A stretch of 64,000 bases of DNA from Acidobacteriota bacterium (GCA_040755995.1 JBFMAF010000013.1:64757-128756), one strand, 5' to 3'; shown: positions 1 through 10,042, counted from the stretch's first letter. Numbers and translations are program-made. Notes: a model not told the origin generated them from the letters alone.

Positions 1-169
1 TGAGTGTAAATGTCAGGACCATGATGAGCCCGCAGAGGAGCTCGCCGATTCGATCGCCCGGACTCAAGTACTTTTCGATGAACCGCATTCTCGTTCCATC
101 TTACTCTCAACAGCCTCCACACCTCAACGGAAACGGGGCCACGCTGAATCACTGGCATGCCCTTTGCGG

Positions 170-236
170 ACGTCGACGTGAACGTGAACGAATCGTCGTC
201 TGGACTAGCGTCTACGTCCATGTTCACGTTCACGGA
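170..236 (+). promoter_or_regulatory. Imperfect inverted repeat (core GTGAACGTGAAC ... GTTCACGTTCAC, arms ~177-189 and ~222-234) in the leader of the first decarboxylase gene. Candidate operator pair or leader-RNA hairpin.
   Basis: Read directly: the 13-nt arms are exact reverse complements separated by ~32 nt, ending ~25 nt upstream of the AGGAGG RBS of the downstream CDS. Confidence 0.4.
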
Positions 237-261
237 TCCACAGACTCATGAGGAGGTATTC

Positions 262-2640
262 ATGCATCGTCAATCTTGGATTTTGCTAATAGCGAGCGAA
301 GAAGGAGGCACCACATCGCTCGCGGATCTCGCGCTCAAGCGCCTCGATGATGCGATCGCCAAGCTCGGTTACAAGGTCATACGCACCAACACCCCCGAGG
401 ATGCGCTGGCACTGATCCATGCCCATCCGGCCTATGGGTGCGTCGTGCTCGATTGGGATCTCAGGAGCGGCCAGCATTTCGACGAATGCGCGGCGGTGAA
501 GATCATCCGTGCGATCCGCGCTCGAAACAACGCGCTCCCGATCTTCCTGATCGCAGACAAGACGCTGGTGAACGAGCTGCCGCTGGAGGTGGTGAGCGAA
601 GTCCACGAGTACATCCATCTTCTCGCCGACACCGGGCAGTTCATCGCGGCACGAATAGATTTCGCCGTCCGCCGCTACCTCGATCAGTTGCTGCCGCCCT
701 ACTTCAAGGCGCTCAAGCAGTTCACCGAGGACGCCGCCTACACCTGGGACGCGCCGGGCCACATGGGTGGAGTCGCATATCTGAAGCACCCGGTCGGGGC
801 GGCTTTCCACAATTTCTTCGGAGAGAGCATCATGCGCGCGGACATAGGCATCTCGACCGCGTCGATGGGCGACTGGCTCGAGCACCTCGGTCCGCCGCGC
901 GAGTCCGAGCGGAATGCGGCCCGCATCTTCGGCGCCGACTGGACCTTCTATGTGCTCGCGGGCTCCTCTAACTCCAACCGCATCGTCTGCCAGGGGGCCG
1001 TCGGTGCCGACGAGATGGTCATCGCCGACCGCAACTGCCACAAGTCGCTCAACCACGGGCTCACCATCAGCCAGGCGAGAGTCGTCTACTTCCAGCCGAC
1101 GCGAAACGGCTACGGAATGATCGGCCTGATTCCTCCGAGCCGCCTGGCTCCCGAGCACATCAAAGGGCTGATCGCAAGAAGCTCGCTGGCGGCCAAAGCA
1201 GTCTCGACGGAACCGACTTACGCGGTCGTCACGAACACAACTTACGACGGGCTGGCATATGACGTGAACAGAGCCGTCGAGCTGCTGGCGAAGAGCGTCC
1301 CGCGCGTGCACTTCGACGAGGCATGGTATGCATACGCCAAGTTCCACCCCCTGTATCGCGGGCGCTTCGCCATGGGCGTTCCGAGCGACATGCCGAACCG
1401 CCCCACGCTGTTCGCGGTACAGTCCACCCACAAGATGCTCCCTGCCTTCTCGATGGCATCGATGATCCACGTCAAGCCCAGCACGCGGGCGCCTCTGGAG
1501 TTCGACCAGTTCAACGAAGCGTTCATGATGCACGGGACGACTTCGCCCTTCTACCCTATGATCGCATCGATCGACGTGGCCACGGCGATGATGGACGATC
1601 CGGCCGGACCGACGCTGATGGACGAGACGATCCAGGATGCCATCGGCTTCCGAAAGGCGGTGGCCTCGGTGGCGGCGCGCCTGCGCGCAAGCGGCCGCAA
1701 CGATTGGTTCTTCGGAGTCTTCCAGCCCGACGAGGTGTCAGACCCGGCAACGGACAAGAGTTGGAGCTTCGTCGAGGCTCCGGATGATTTGCTCGCGCGC
1801 GAGCCCACATGCTGGACGCTCAAGCCCGGCGCCCGATGGCACGGCTTCAAAGACGCCGACATCGCCAACGACTACTGTATGCTCGACCCGACCAAGGTGA
1901 CGATCCTCTGTCCTGGAATCGACGCACAGGGACAGATGTCCGAACGTGGCGTGCCGGGCGCGATTCTCACGAAGTTCCTCGATTCGCGCCGGATCGAGAT
2001 CGCGCGAACCGGCGACTACACGATGCTAGTGCTCTTCTCGGTCGGGACCACCAAAGGCAAGTGGGGGACGCTGTTGGAGGCGCTGCTGGAGTTCAAGCGG
2101 CTGTACGACGAAGGAGTGGCCGTGGGAGAGGCCTTGCCGGAGCTCGCGGCAGACCACCACGATCGATACGCCTCAATGACGCTGAAGGGTCTCTGCGACC
2201 AGATGCACGCGGCGATGCGCGGGCTCAACCTGCCGGACCTTGCCCAGGAAGCCTGTGAAATCATTCCCGATGCGGTGCTGACCGGCTGGGAGACCTACCA
2301 GAAGCTAGTGCGGTACCAGACTGAGAAGGTCAAGGTCTCGGAGATGCCCGGCCGCATCTCCGGTCACATGCTGGTGCCCTATCCTCCGGGGATCCCGATT
2401 CTGATGCCTGGCGAACGGTTCGGCGACAGCCACAGTGCTCACATCCGCTTCCTGCTGGCGCTCGAGGAGTTCGGCCGGCGCTTCCCGGGATTCGGGCACG
2501 AGGTGCACGGCATCGAGATCGAGGAGAACGGGACGTTCTGGATGCGTGCGGTCGTCGAGAAGGCCGGTGCCGCGGCGAAAGCGGCTCCGTCGCCGCGCAT
2601 CCGCGTGATGGCGAAGGCCAGGAAGCGAGGGCGCATGTGA
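262..2640 (+). CDS. Biodegradative Orn/Lys/Arg decarboxylase family protein (fold-type I PLP), paralog 1. Probably an arginine decarboxylase given the AdiC-like neighbour.
   Basis: The S-T-H-K PLP-lysine motif (QSTHKMLPAFSMASMIHV), the N-terminal wing domain and the 793-aa size are typical of the AdiA/CadA/SpeF family. Start moved to the ATG at 262 (M36 of the ORF), which has AGGAGG at 251-256. Confidence 0.8.
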   Translation: MHRQSWILLIASEEGGTTSLADLALKRLDDAIAKLGYKVIRTNTPEDALALIHAHPAYGCVVLDWDLRSGQHFDECAAVKIIRAIRARNNALPIFLIADKTLVNELPLEVVSEVHEYIHLLADTGQFIAARIDFAVRRYLDQLLPPYFKALKQFTEDAAYTWDAPGHMGGVAYLKHPVGAAFHNFFGESIMRADIGISTASMGDWLEHLGPPRESERNAARIFGADWTFYVLAGSSNSNRIVCQGAVGADEMVIADRNCHKSLNHGLTISQARVVYFQPTRNGYGMIGLIPPSRLAPEHIKGLIARSSLAAKAVSTEPTYAVVTNTTYDGLAYDVNRAVELLAKSVPRVHFDEAWYAYAKFHPLYRGRFAMGVPSDMPNRPTLFAVQSTHKMLPAFSMASMIHVKPSTRAPLEFDQFNEAFMMHGTTSPFYPMIASIDVATAMMDDPAGPTLMDETIQDAIGFRKAVASVAARLRASGRNDWFFGVFQPDEVSDPATDKSWSFVEAPDDLLAREPTCWTLKPGARWHGFKDADIANDYCMLDPTKVTILCPGIDAQGQMSERGVPGAILTKFLDSRRIEIARTGDYTMLVLFSVGTTKGKWGTLLEALLEFKRLYDEGVAVGEALPELAADHHDRYASMTLKGLCDQMHAAMRGLNLPDLAQEACEIIPDAVLTGWETYQKLVRYQTEKVKVSEMPGRISGHMLVPYPPGIPILMPGERFGDSHSAHIRFLLALEEFGRRFPGFGHEVHGIEIEENGTFWMRAVVEKAGAAAKAAPSPRIRVMAKARKRGRM

Positions 2641-2714
2641 ACGAGCCGGGTCATGGCCGCAGTTTCTTCCAGGGGCAGCCTCGCCAGATCAAACACAGAA
2701 AGGAGTGAACCCGC

Positions 2715-4046
2715 ATGTCAACGGAGATGAAGAAGGTCGGTGTGCTGCCGGCCACGATGATGGTCGCCGGGAACATCATGGGCTCGGGCGTGTTCATGCT
2801 TCCGGCAAGCCTCGCGGCCACCGGAGGGATCGCGATCTTCGGGTGGGTCGTGACGATCATCGGCGCCATGTCGCTCTCGCTCGTCTACGCCAAGATGGCC
2901 TCTTTCGACGACAGCCCGGGCGGGTCGTACGCTTACGCTCGGAAGGCCTTTGGCGACTACATGGGCTACCAAACCAACGGCGTGTATTGGCTCGCCAGCT
3001 GGGTCGGCAACATCGCCATGGCGGTCGTCGGCGTCGGCTACCTCGCGTACTTCTTCCCGTTCCTGAAGGACCCGAAGATGTCAGCCTTCGCAACGATCGG
3101 CATCATCTGGCTCTTCACCTTCTTCAACATCCTTGGGCCGGCCCTCGTGACCAGAATCCAGGCCTACACGACCTCCCTCGCGCTCATCCCCATTTTCGGT
3201 GTCGCGATCTTCGGCTGGTTCTGGTTCCACGGCAGCACCTACATGGCCGCCTGGAACGTGAGCGGACAGAGCGTTGTGGGGGCCATCCAGGGCACGCTGA
3301 ACGTGACGCTGTGGGCGTTCATCGGCGTCGAGACGGCATCGGTGGCTGCGGGATGTGTCGAGAATCCCAAGAAGAACGTCCCGATCGCCACCATGGGAGG
3401 GGTCACACTCGCAGCGGTCGCCTACGTGCTGTCGTCCACTGCCATCATGGGAATGATTCCCAACTCGACGCTCGTGGCCTCATCTGCGCCCTTTGCCGAC
3501 GCCGCGAGGCTTGCATTGGGGAACTTCGGAGGAGCGCTGGTCTCGTTCTGCGCCGCCGCCGGCTGCCTCGGGTCGCTCGGCGGCTGGACGCTCGTCGTAG
3601 GCCAGACAGCGAAAGCGGCCGCCGACGACAAGCTCTTCCCTCCCATCTTCGGCGAGACAAACGACCGGGGCGTCCCCAGCAAGGGCCTGATCATCGTCGG
3701 AATCATGATGACCGTGATCGTGCTCCTGACAGTCTCGCCGTCCGCCAGCAAGCAGTTCGGCGTGATCTCGTCGATCTCGGTGCTGATGACGCTGCTGCCA
3801 TACATCTATACGGCAGCCGCGCTGCGCTACCTCGGTCGCAACCACTTCGGCGGTCAGGCGGGCTTCTATCGCATCTGCATCCTGATCGCCATCGCATACT
3901 CGGCCTGGGCCATCGTTGGAACGAATGCCAAGCAGGTCCTCTGGTGCTTTATCGTCGTCCTGCTTACCACGCTTCTCTACGCAGTCAACCAGGCTCGGCG
4001 GCAGCCTACGGCCCATGCAGCCGCCCCCGCCCGGGCGTCGTCGTAG
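2715..4046 (+). CDS. adiC: APC-superfamily basic amino acid/polyamine antiporter, AdiC-like (arginine:agmatine antiporter family).
   Basis: 443 aa. Long, near-collinear identity blocks to E. coli AdiC as I remember it ([88 protein letters not shown]). AGGAG 9 nt upstream. Confidence 0.75.
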   Translation: MSTEMKKVGVLPATMMVAGNIMGSGVFMLPASLAATGGIAIFGWVVTIIGAMSLSLVYAKMASFDDSPGGSYAYARKAFGDYMGYQTNGVYWLASWVGNIAMAVVGVGYLAYFFPFLKDPKMSAFATIGIIWLFTFFNILGPALVTRIQAYTTSLALIPIFGVAIFGWFWFHGSTYMAAWNVSGQSVVGAIQGTLNVTLWAFIGVETASVAAGCVENPKKNVPIATMGGVTLAAVAYVLSSTAIMGMIPNSTLVASSAPFADAARLALGNFGGALVSFCAAAGCLGSLGGWTLVVGQTAKAAADDKLFPPIFGETNDRGVPSKGLIIVGIMMTVIVLLTVSPSASKQFGVISSISVLMTLLPYIYTAAALRYLGRNHFGGQAGFYRICILIAIAYSAWAIVGTNAKQVLWCFIVVLLTTLLYAVNQARRQPTAHAAAPARASS

Positions 4047-4066
4047 GCCACCAGAAGGAGGCAACC

Positions 4067-4720
4067 ATGCGGACAATTCGCTGCCTCTCAGGCATGCTGC
4101 TGTGGTCGGTCCTGCTCGCGGGCTGCCACAACTGGCCGGCCTCGCGCGAGGGCGACGAGTCGAAGAGCCAACGCGGCAGAAGGCCGGACGATCACACCGC
4201 GGACAACTTGAATGTTCCTGGGCCGGAAGGAACCTACCCGCCGCGCGCGCAGGGCCTCGCATCGCAAAGCAGGCCGTTTTCCGACAGCTGGCTGCTGGAC
4301 GCCGAGTCCGATTGGGACCGCTTCCGCAGGCTCGAAGTGATGCTGCGGGGCGTCGACATCCACATGCTTGAAATCGGTTTCCGCTTCGACAGACTGCACG
4401 ACGCCATCGAGAGGGGAGAGATGGAGCTGGCGCAGTACGAGATGGAGAAGATCGTCCAGGCCGCGAGCTTCGCAATACTCCTGCAGCCCGGCTGGCAGGA
4501 AGGAAAGGGCATCGAGTACCTCGGGCGTTCCGATTGGATGGCCCTCAAAGCGGCCGTGCTGGCCAGGAACCAGGAGGCCGCAAAGACGTCGTACCTGGAC
4601 GTTCGACAAGCATGCATGAGCTGCCACACGCTTAAGCAGATGGAGTTCCTGAATCGACAGCAGCTCTTCGCGCGGACGGCTTCATTCACTCAACCTGACG
4701 AGCAAGGAGGCGATAGATGA
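4067..4720 (+). CDS. Lipoprotein with a C-terminal CxxCH haem-binding motif. Putative class-II cytochrome c-like (cytochrome c'/c556-type four-helix bundle) lipoprotein.
   Basis: Signal peptide with an LAGC lipobox. Predicted helical body with a single C-M-S-C-H motif about 30 aa from the C-terminus, the position typical of class II cytochromes c. GGAGG RBS at 4056-4060. Its stop overlaps the next gene's ATG (ATGA). Confidence 0.5.
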   Translation: MRTIRCLSGMLLWSVLLAGCHNWPASREGDESKSQRGRRPDDHTADNLNVPGPEGTYPPRAQGLASQSRPFSDSWLLDAESDWDRFRRLEVMLRGVDIHMLEIGFRFDRLHDAIERGEMELAQYEMEKIVQAASFAILLQPGWQEGKGIEYLGRSDWMALKAAVLARNQEAAKTSYLDVRQACMSCHTLKQMEFLNRQQLFARTASFTQPDEQGGDR

Positions 4721-7014
4721 TCGAAAGGACTGCGAAGCGGTTCCACCCGCGAGTGCTGGTGATCGACGACGAGCTTCGGGCGCCTACAGCATGCGGCCGC
4801 GCTCTCTGCGCACTCGTCGGCGAGCTTCGCGAACGAGGCGTCGAGGTCGTCGAAGCTACCTCGGCCGAAGACGCCCAGTCGGTCATCATCTCAGACACCG
4901 CGATACACTCGATCATGCTCGACTGGAGCCTCGGCGCGGACGACGAAGCGACCCATGCCAGGGCGCTCGAGCTGCTGAAGTTTGTTCGCCGGCGGAATGA
5001 CAAGATCCCGATCTTCCTGATGGCGGAGCGCGAGGAGGCCTCGTCGATCCCGATCGAGGCGATGCAGATGGCCGACGAGTTCGTGTGGATACTGGAAGAC
5101 ACGGCGGCATTCGTCGGCGGACGCGTAGTGGCCGCCATGGTGCGCTACGGTCAGGTCCTGCTGCCGCCGATGGCCGCCGCACTGTTCAAGTTCGCCCGCG
5201 TCTACGAGTACTCCTGGCACACGCCGGGCCACACAGGCGGCACGGCCTTCTTGAAATCGCCCGTCGGCCGGGCCTTCTACGACTATTTTGGCGAAAACCT
5301 CTTCCGTTCGGACCTGTCGATCAGCGTCGGCGAGCTCGGCTCGCTCCTCGATCACAGCGGCCCTATCGGTGAACACGAGAAATACGCCGCGCGCGTGTTC
5401 GGCGCACACCGGACCTACTGCGTCACCAACGGCACATCCACGTCCAATCGGGTGATCTTCATGGCGGCCGCTGGCCGCGACCAGATCGCACTCTGCGACC
5501 GCAACTGCCACAAGTCGATCGAGCACGGTCTGACGCTCACGGGCGCTATCCCTACCTACCTGGTTCCGTCGCGCAATCGCTACGGAATCATCGGCCCGAT
5601 CCATCCGGAAAGGCTCAGGCCCGAGGCCGTCAAGGCGGCGATCGATGCGAACCCGCTGGTGACGGCGGGGATTGACAAGAAGCCGGTCCACTGCGTGATC
5701 ACCAACTCCACTTACGACGGCCTCTGCTATCGCGCTTCGCGTGTGACGGAGCTGCTCGATGCGACCGTCGACCGGATTCACTTCGACGAGGCCTGGTACG
5801 CATACGCCCGCTTCAATCCGATCTACCGCGAGCGATTCGGCATGCACGGCGACCCGTCGGGGCACAAGGGTCCGACGGTTTTCACCACGCACTCGACGCA
5901 CAAGCTGCTCGCAGCGCTCTCCCAGGCATCCTTCATCCACATCCGCGACGGCCGCGGCCCGATACCGCACGCGCGCTTCAACGAGTCGTTCATGATGCAC
6001 GCATCCACATCGCCGCTGTACACGATAATCGTCTCCAACGACATTACCGCCGCCATGATGGACGGCCCCGGCGGGATCACGTTGACGACGGAGTCGATTC
6101 AGGAGGCCGTGGCGTTCCGCCAGGCGATGGGTCGGATCAGGAAGGAGTTTGCCAACAGGGGCGAGTGGTTTTTCGGCACGTGGAATGCCGATGAAGTGAC
6201 GGACCCGGGGAGCGGCAAACGGATCGCATTCGAGGATGCGCCGGCGGAGGTTCTGGCCACGGCACCGGATTGCTGGGTCCTGCATCCGGGGGACGAGTGG
6301 CACGGGTTCGATGGTCTGGAGGACGGGTATTGCATGCTGGATCCCATCAAGGTCTCGGTAGTGACTCCGGGCGTTGCGATCGACGGCTCACTGGAGCCTC
6401 CTGGGATCCCGGCGACCCTCGTGACGGCCTATCTGGACCGGCATGGTGTCGAGGTGGAAAAGACGACGGACTTCACGATTCTGTTCCTTTTCTCGATCGG
6501 CATCACCAAGGGCAAGTGGGGCACGCTGCTCAACGCTCTGCTCGACTTCAAGCGCGACTACGACCGCAACGCTCCTCTGGCCGAAGTTCTGCCGGGCCTG
6601 GAAACCGATCATCCCGGCCGGTATGCCGGCCTCGGTCTACGAGACCTGGCAGACCAGATGTTCGCCCAGCTCAGCGATTTCGGGCAGACGCACTGGCTGG
6701 CCCAGGCTTTCTCCACCCTGCCGCAGCCGGTGATGACTCCTGCGCATGCCTATCAGCTTCTGGTGCGCGACAGGGCTGAGCGAGTTGCGCTGGCCAGGCT
6801 CGCCGGCCGTGTGCTCGCCACCGGCGTCGTGCCGTATCCTCCAGGCATCCCGATGCTCATGCCTGGGGAGAACGCAGGGTCGGATGACGGGCCTTACCTG
6901 AGCTACCTTCGCGCTCTCCAGTCCTGGGATCAGCGCTTCCCCGGGTTTGCTCACGACACCCACGGCGTCGAATGCGAGGACGGGATCTACTACATGCAGT
7001 GCTTGAGATCGTAG
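4717..7014 (+). CDS. Biodegradative Orn/Lys/Arg decarboxylase family protein, paralog 2.
   Basis: 765 aa with the same domain order as paralog 1: wing domain, PLP core with FTTHSTHKLLAALSQASFIHI, and C-terminal domain. AGGAGG 8 nt upstream. Translationally coupled to the lipoprotein gene. Confidence 0.8.
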   Translation: MIERTAKRFHPRVLVIDDELRAPTACGRALCALVGELRERGVEVVEATSAEDAQSVIISDTAIHSIMLDWSLGADDEATHARALELLKFVRRRNDKIPIFLMAEREEASSIPIEAMQMADEFVWILEDTAAFVGGRVVAAMVRYGQVLLPPMAAALFKFARVYEYSWHTPGHTGGTAFLKSPVGRAFYDYFGENLFRSDLSISVGELGSLLDHSGPIGEHEKYAARVFGAHRTYCVTNGTSTSNRVIFMAAAGRDQIALCDRNCHKSIEHGLTLTGAIPTYLVPSRNRYGIIGPIHPERLRPEAVKAAIDANPLVTAGIDKKPVHCVITNSTYDGLCYRASRVTELLDATVDRIHFDEAWYAYARFNPIYRERFGMHGDPSGHKGPTVFTTHSTHKLLAALSQASFIHIRDGRGPIPHARFNESFMMHASTSPLYTIIVSNDITAAMMDGPGGITLTTESIQEAVAFRQAMGRIRKEFANRGEWFFGTWNADEVTDPGSGKRIAFEDAPAEVLATAPDCWVLHPGDEWHGFDGLEDGYCMLDPIKVSVVTPGVAIDGSLEPPGIPATLVTAYLDRHGVEVEKTTDFTILFLFSIGITKGKWGTLLNALLDFKRDYDRNAPLAEVLPGLETDHPGRYAGLGLRDLADQMFAQLSDFGQTHWLAQAFSTLPQPVMTPAHAYQLLVRDRAERVALARLAGRVLATGVVPYPPGIPMLMPGENAGSDDGPYLSYLRALQSWDQRFPGFAHDTHGVECEDGIYYMQCLRS

Positions 7015-7048
7015 ACGACTGATGGTGCGAAACCGAAAGGAGTTGTCC

Positions 7049-8452
7049 ATGTCGACGCGAATTCTCGCGGGCGCTTTCCTGGCATCTTTGATCGGGTCTG
7101 GCTGGGCGCGGGCGCAGGAACCGGCCGATATCGAGAAGATCACCGCGCGGATCGAGGCTCTCCAGAGAGAGCTCGACGAGCTGAGATCGCAGGTACAGCA
7201 GATTCAGAGAGGAGCCGCTCCGGTGGCTGGGGCTCCGGGTGCGCCGCCGGCCGCCGGCCCCGCTCCGGCGCCGACTGCCGTGAGTCCTGCGATCGTGCAG
7301 TACGAGACCCTGTCGGGCGATCCATATGCTGCTGCCCGCATCGACAACGCGCCAATAGACCCGGAGCTGAAGGGCTTCTTTGCGATTCCGTTTACCGAAA
7401 CCAGGCTCCGCATCGGCGGCTATGCGAAGCTCGATGCGATACACGACTTCAAGCCGATCGGTGACCACGACTTCTTCACTACCTCGACGATTCCGGTCGA
7501 GCCCGGGATCTGGGGGGACAACACCAACATCCAGGCGCGGCAGACGCGTCTGAACATCGAGATGCGCCGTCCGACCCCGGCGGGCATGTTGCGTTTCTAC
7601 TACGAGAACGACTTCACGGGGAGCTACGGACCGAGGGTCTACAATCTGCGCCACGCGTACGGCCAGTTGCACAACTTCCTGGCCGGCTTCACCTTCTCGT
7701 CCATGGTCGACATCGATTCCACACCGGACACGCTCGATTTTGAAGGGCCTGGCAGCACGATTTTCGTTTTTCAGCCGCAGGTGCGCTACACGCACCCGAT
7801 CACCAAGCATCACAGTATCGCCCTCTCCGTAGAGAAAGGCACATCCGATATCGTGACCGAGACGGACGTGAATCAAACCATCACGCCTACATCGCCATGG
7901 CCGGACGGGGTGTTCCGGTGGAGGTACGAAACGGACGCGGGACACCTGCAGGTTGGGGTGGTGCTGCGGTCGGTCGGCGGTTACATGGGTAACATCGCCG
8001 AAGAGCACGTATTCGCGCGGGGCCTGAGTTTTTCCGGAAACTGGCTCGTCGTCGGCTCTGACAACGTCCAGTTCCAGCTCAACGCGGGCGATGGCTTCGG
8101 CCGGTATTTCTCCGACATCTCGGGTCTGGCCGCGGACGTCGGACTGGACTCGGATGGGAAGATGGTCCCACTGCCGGCCTACGGTTTCTTCGGCGGCTAC
8201 CAGCACTATTGGCGGCCCGCCTTCCGATCGACCGTGACGTACGGCTACCTGAACGTGGACAGCGTCGACAAGACCTTGACGACCGACTTCCACGCGAGTC
8301 ACTACGCTGCAGCCAACCTGATCTGGCACCCGAAGGGAAGCGCCTTCAACATGGGCATCGAGGGCCTCTACGGCAAGCAGACGCTGAAGACCGGCGAGTC
8401 AGGCGACGCCACGCGCCTGCAGTTCGCGTTTCAATACGACTTCGTCAAGTAG
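7049..8452 (+). CDS. Outer-membrane beta-barrel channel with an N-terminal coiled coil (DcaP-like porin architecture).
   Basis: Sec signal peptide (AFLASLIGSGWARA). Heptad coiled coil (IEKITARIEALQRELDELRSQVQQIQ), then a Pro/Ala linker, then a domain with alternating aromatic/hydrophobic beta-strand pattern ending QFAFQYDF. AAGGAG RBS at 7037-7042. Confidence 0.45.
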   Translation: MSTRILAGAFLASLIGSGWARAQEPADIEKITARIEALQRELDELRSQVQQIQRGAAPVAGAPGAPPAAGPAPAPTAVSPAIVQYETLSGDPYAAARIDNAPIDPELKGFFAIPFTETRLRIGGYAKLDAIHDFKPIGDHDFFTTSTIPVEPGIWGDNTNIQARQTRLNIEMRRPTPAGMLRFYYENDFTGSYGPRVYNLRHAYGQLHNFLAGFTFSSMVDIDSTPDTLDFEGPGSTIFVFQPQVRYTHPITKHHSIALSVEKGTSDIVTETDVNQTITPTSPWPDGVFRWRYETDAGHLQVGVVLRSVGGYMGNIAEEHVFARGLSFSGNWLVVGSDNVQFQLNAGDGFGRYFSDISGLAADVGLDSDGKMVPLPAYGFFGGYQHYWRPAFRSTVTYGYLNVDSVDKTLTTDFHASHYAAANLIWHPKGSAFNMGIEGLYGKQTLKTGESGDATRLQFAFQYDFVK

Positions 8453-8560
8453 CAGAGGGGGACGACACGGAGACACGGAGCCGGTGATTCCTCATAGCGT
8501 TAGTTGTATTCCCAGTTCTGAACGTGAAACGCAAGTGGCAGCAACCAAGGAGGTGTGCTC

Positions 8561-10042
8561 ATGAAGGTTGCCATCCAACTCGGGGTTTCAGTCTTGATTA
8601 TCTCGCTGGCAGAGGTCATGGTGCCCATTGCGGCGGCGGAGATCCTGCCGATCCCTATCCCACAGCAAATCGGCGCAGCGAAGGTGCCGACGTTCATAGG
8701 CGCCGCGGCAACAGCCGCGCCGATCACGGCTCAGGCGATTCCGCAGCATCCGTTCATGGCGCCCAACGGCAGAAGCTGCATGCACGACGATGCGTATATG
8801 AGTGATACATACGCCATTGCAGGACCGCTCGGCCGGTCACCGGAAGTGATTTCTACCGACCTTGGAGGCGTCTGCCCCTCAGTGACTTTCGACAGCCAAG
8901 GCCGCATCGTCACACTCTGCGTGAGCCGTGTTTCGGCGCGGCTCTACCTGATCAACCCTACCACGATGGGGATCATGGCGGACTTTGCCCTGCCAGCTAT
9001 CGAGCGCGCTGGGAGTGAGTTCTCAGCCGGTGGGTACTTTTATCTCGATAACAAGAACCGCGCGATCGTCCCGACAATCACGCAGGAGATCTGGGTCGTT
9101 GATGTAGTTGACGGGTCGTGCGGCCCCTATTTCGAGCGAAGCAAGGTTCATGATCTCTCGGAGTACATGGCCGAAGACGATTCAATAGAGTCCGCGCTCC
9201 CGGACTTCTCGAGAAATCTCTGGTTTGTGACCGGGGATGGCATCATCGGCATCATCGGCGCGAGCGACGGAGCCGTTGCGACGCGGCGCTTGGAAGGCGA
9301 GGGAATTGCCAACTCGTTTGCAATCGACGAAACAGGCGGTGTATTCGTAGCCTCCGACCATGCCATGTACCGCTTCGACATGGGCGAGAACGGCCGCCCC
9401 CACATCACATGGCGCGAAGCTTATGATCGCGGCACAAGGATCAAGCCTGGTCAGGTCAGCATGGGGACCGGAACCACACCCACGCTCATGGGAACCGACT
9501 TCGTCACCATTGCCGACAACGCCGACCCGCAGATGCACGTTCTGGTCTACCGCCGTGCCCGTAAGGTAGATCGAGCCCGCCTGGTGTGCTCAGTGCCCGT
9601 ATTTCAACCGTCGAAAAGCTGCACAGAGAACTCGCTCATCGCCACGGATAGGTCCATAGTCGTCGAGAACAACTACGGTTATTCGGGACCCACAGCCACC
9701 ATGTATGGTCGCACGACGACCTCGGGGATTTCCCGGATCGACATCGACGACAGCGGCGTCGCTCGGACCGTTTGGACAAGTCACGAGCGGACTCCAAGCG
9801 TTGTTTCCAAAGGCTCGCTCGAAACCGGTCTCATCTACGCTTACACGAAAGACAAGGGGCCCGGCGTGACCGACGCATGGTACTTCACGGCGATCGACTT
9901 CCAGACTGGAAAGACGATTTTCAAGCAAGTCGCCGGCACAGGGCTCTACTATAACAACCACTACGCCGGTATCTACGTCGGGCCCGATGGCACTGCATAC
10001 GTAGGAGTGATCGGAGGTCTCGTCGCAATCCGCGACAAGTGA
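8561..10042 (+). CDS. Secreted protein of unknown function.
   Basis: ATG at 8561 with AAGGAGG 6 nt upstream. Hydrophobic N-terminal signal region. No motif I can assign. Confidence 0.5.
   Translation: MKVAIQLGVSVLIISLAEVMVPIAAAEILPIPIPQQIGAAKVPTFIGAAATAAPITAQAIPQHPFMAPNGRSCMHDDAYMSDTYAIAGPLGRSPEVISTDLGGVCPSVTFDSQGRIVTLCVSRVSARLYLINPTTMGIMADFALPAIERAGSEFSAGGYFYLDNKNRAIVPTITQEIWVVDVVDGSCGPYFERSKVHDLSEYMAEDDSIESALPDFSRNLWFVTGDGIIGIIGASDGAVATRRLEGEGIANSFAIDETGGVFVASDHAMYRFDMGENGRPHITWREAYDRGTRIKPGQVSMGTGTTPTLMGTDFVTIADNADPQMHVLVYRRARKVDRARLVCSVPVFQPSKSCTENSLIATDRSIVVENNYGYSGPTATMYGRTTTSGISRIDIDDSGVARTVWTSHERTPSVVSKGSLETGLIYAYTKDKGPGVTDAWYFTAIDFQTGKTIFKQVAGTGLYYNNHYAGIYVGPDGTAYVGVIGGLVAIRDK

Noticed and set aside
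157-261. N-terminal 35-codon extension of the decarboxylase ORF.
   Set aside because: The internal ATG at 262 has a perfect AGGAGG RBS and gives the family-typical N-terminus. The extension overlaps the inverted-repeat leader.
286-1533. 415-aa ORF antisense to the first decarboxylase, and similar long antisense ORFs at 4891-6303, 6857-8329, 18892-20064, 19842-20990, 21309-23348, 25628-27454, 37567-39096, 43019-44347 and 62303-63310.
   Set aside because: In ~65% GC DNA the reverse frame of a real gene is often stop-free. These have Arg/Pro/Gly-rich nonsense composition and no RBS, and they overlap genes with clear family signatures.
2705-4720. 671-aa ORF spanning the antiporter region in another frame and continuing into the lipoprotein.
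   Set aside because: Only its last ~217 codons, from the ATG at 4067 with a GGAGG RBS, look like a real protein (lipobox plus coherent sequence). The upstream part is an out-of-frame read-through of adiC.
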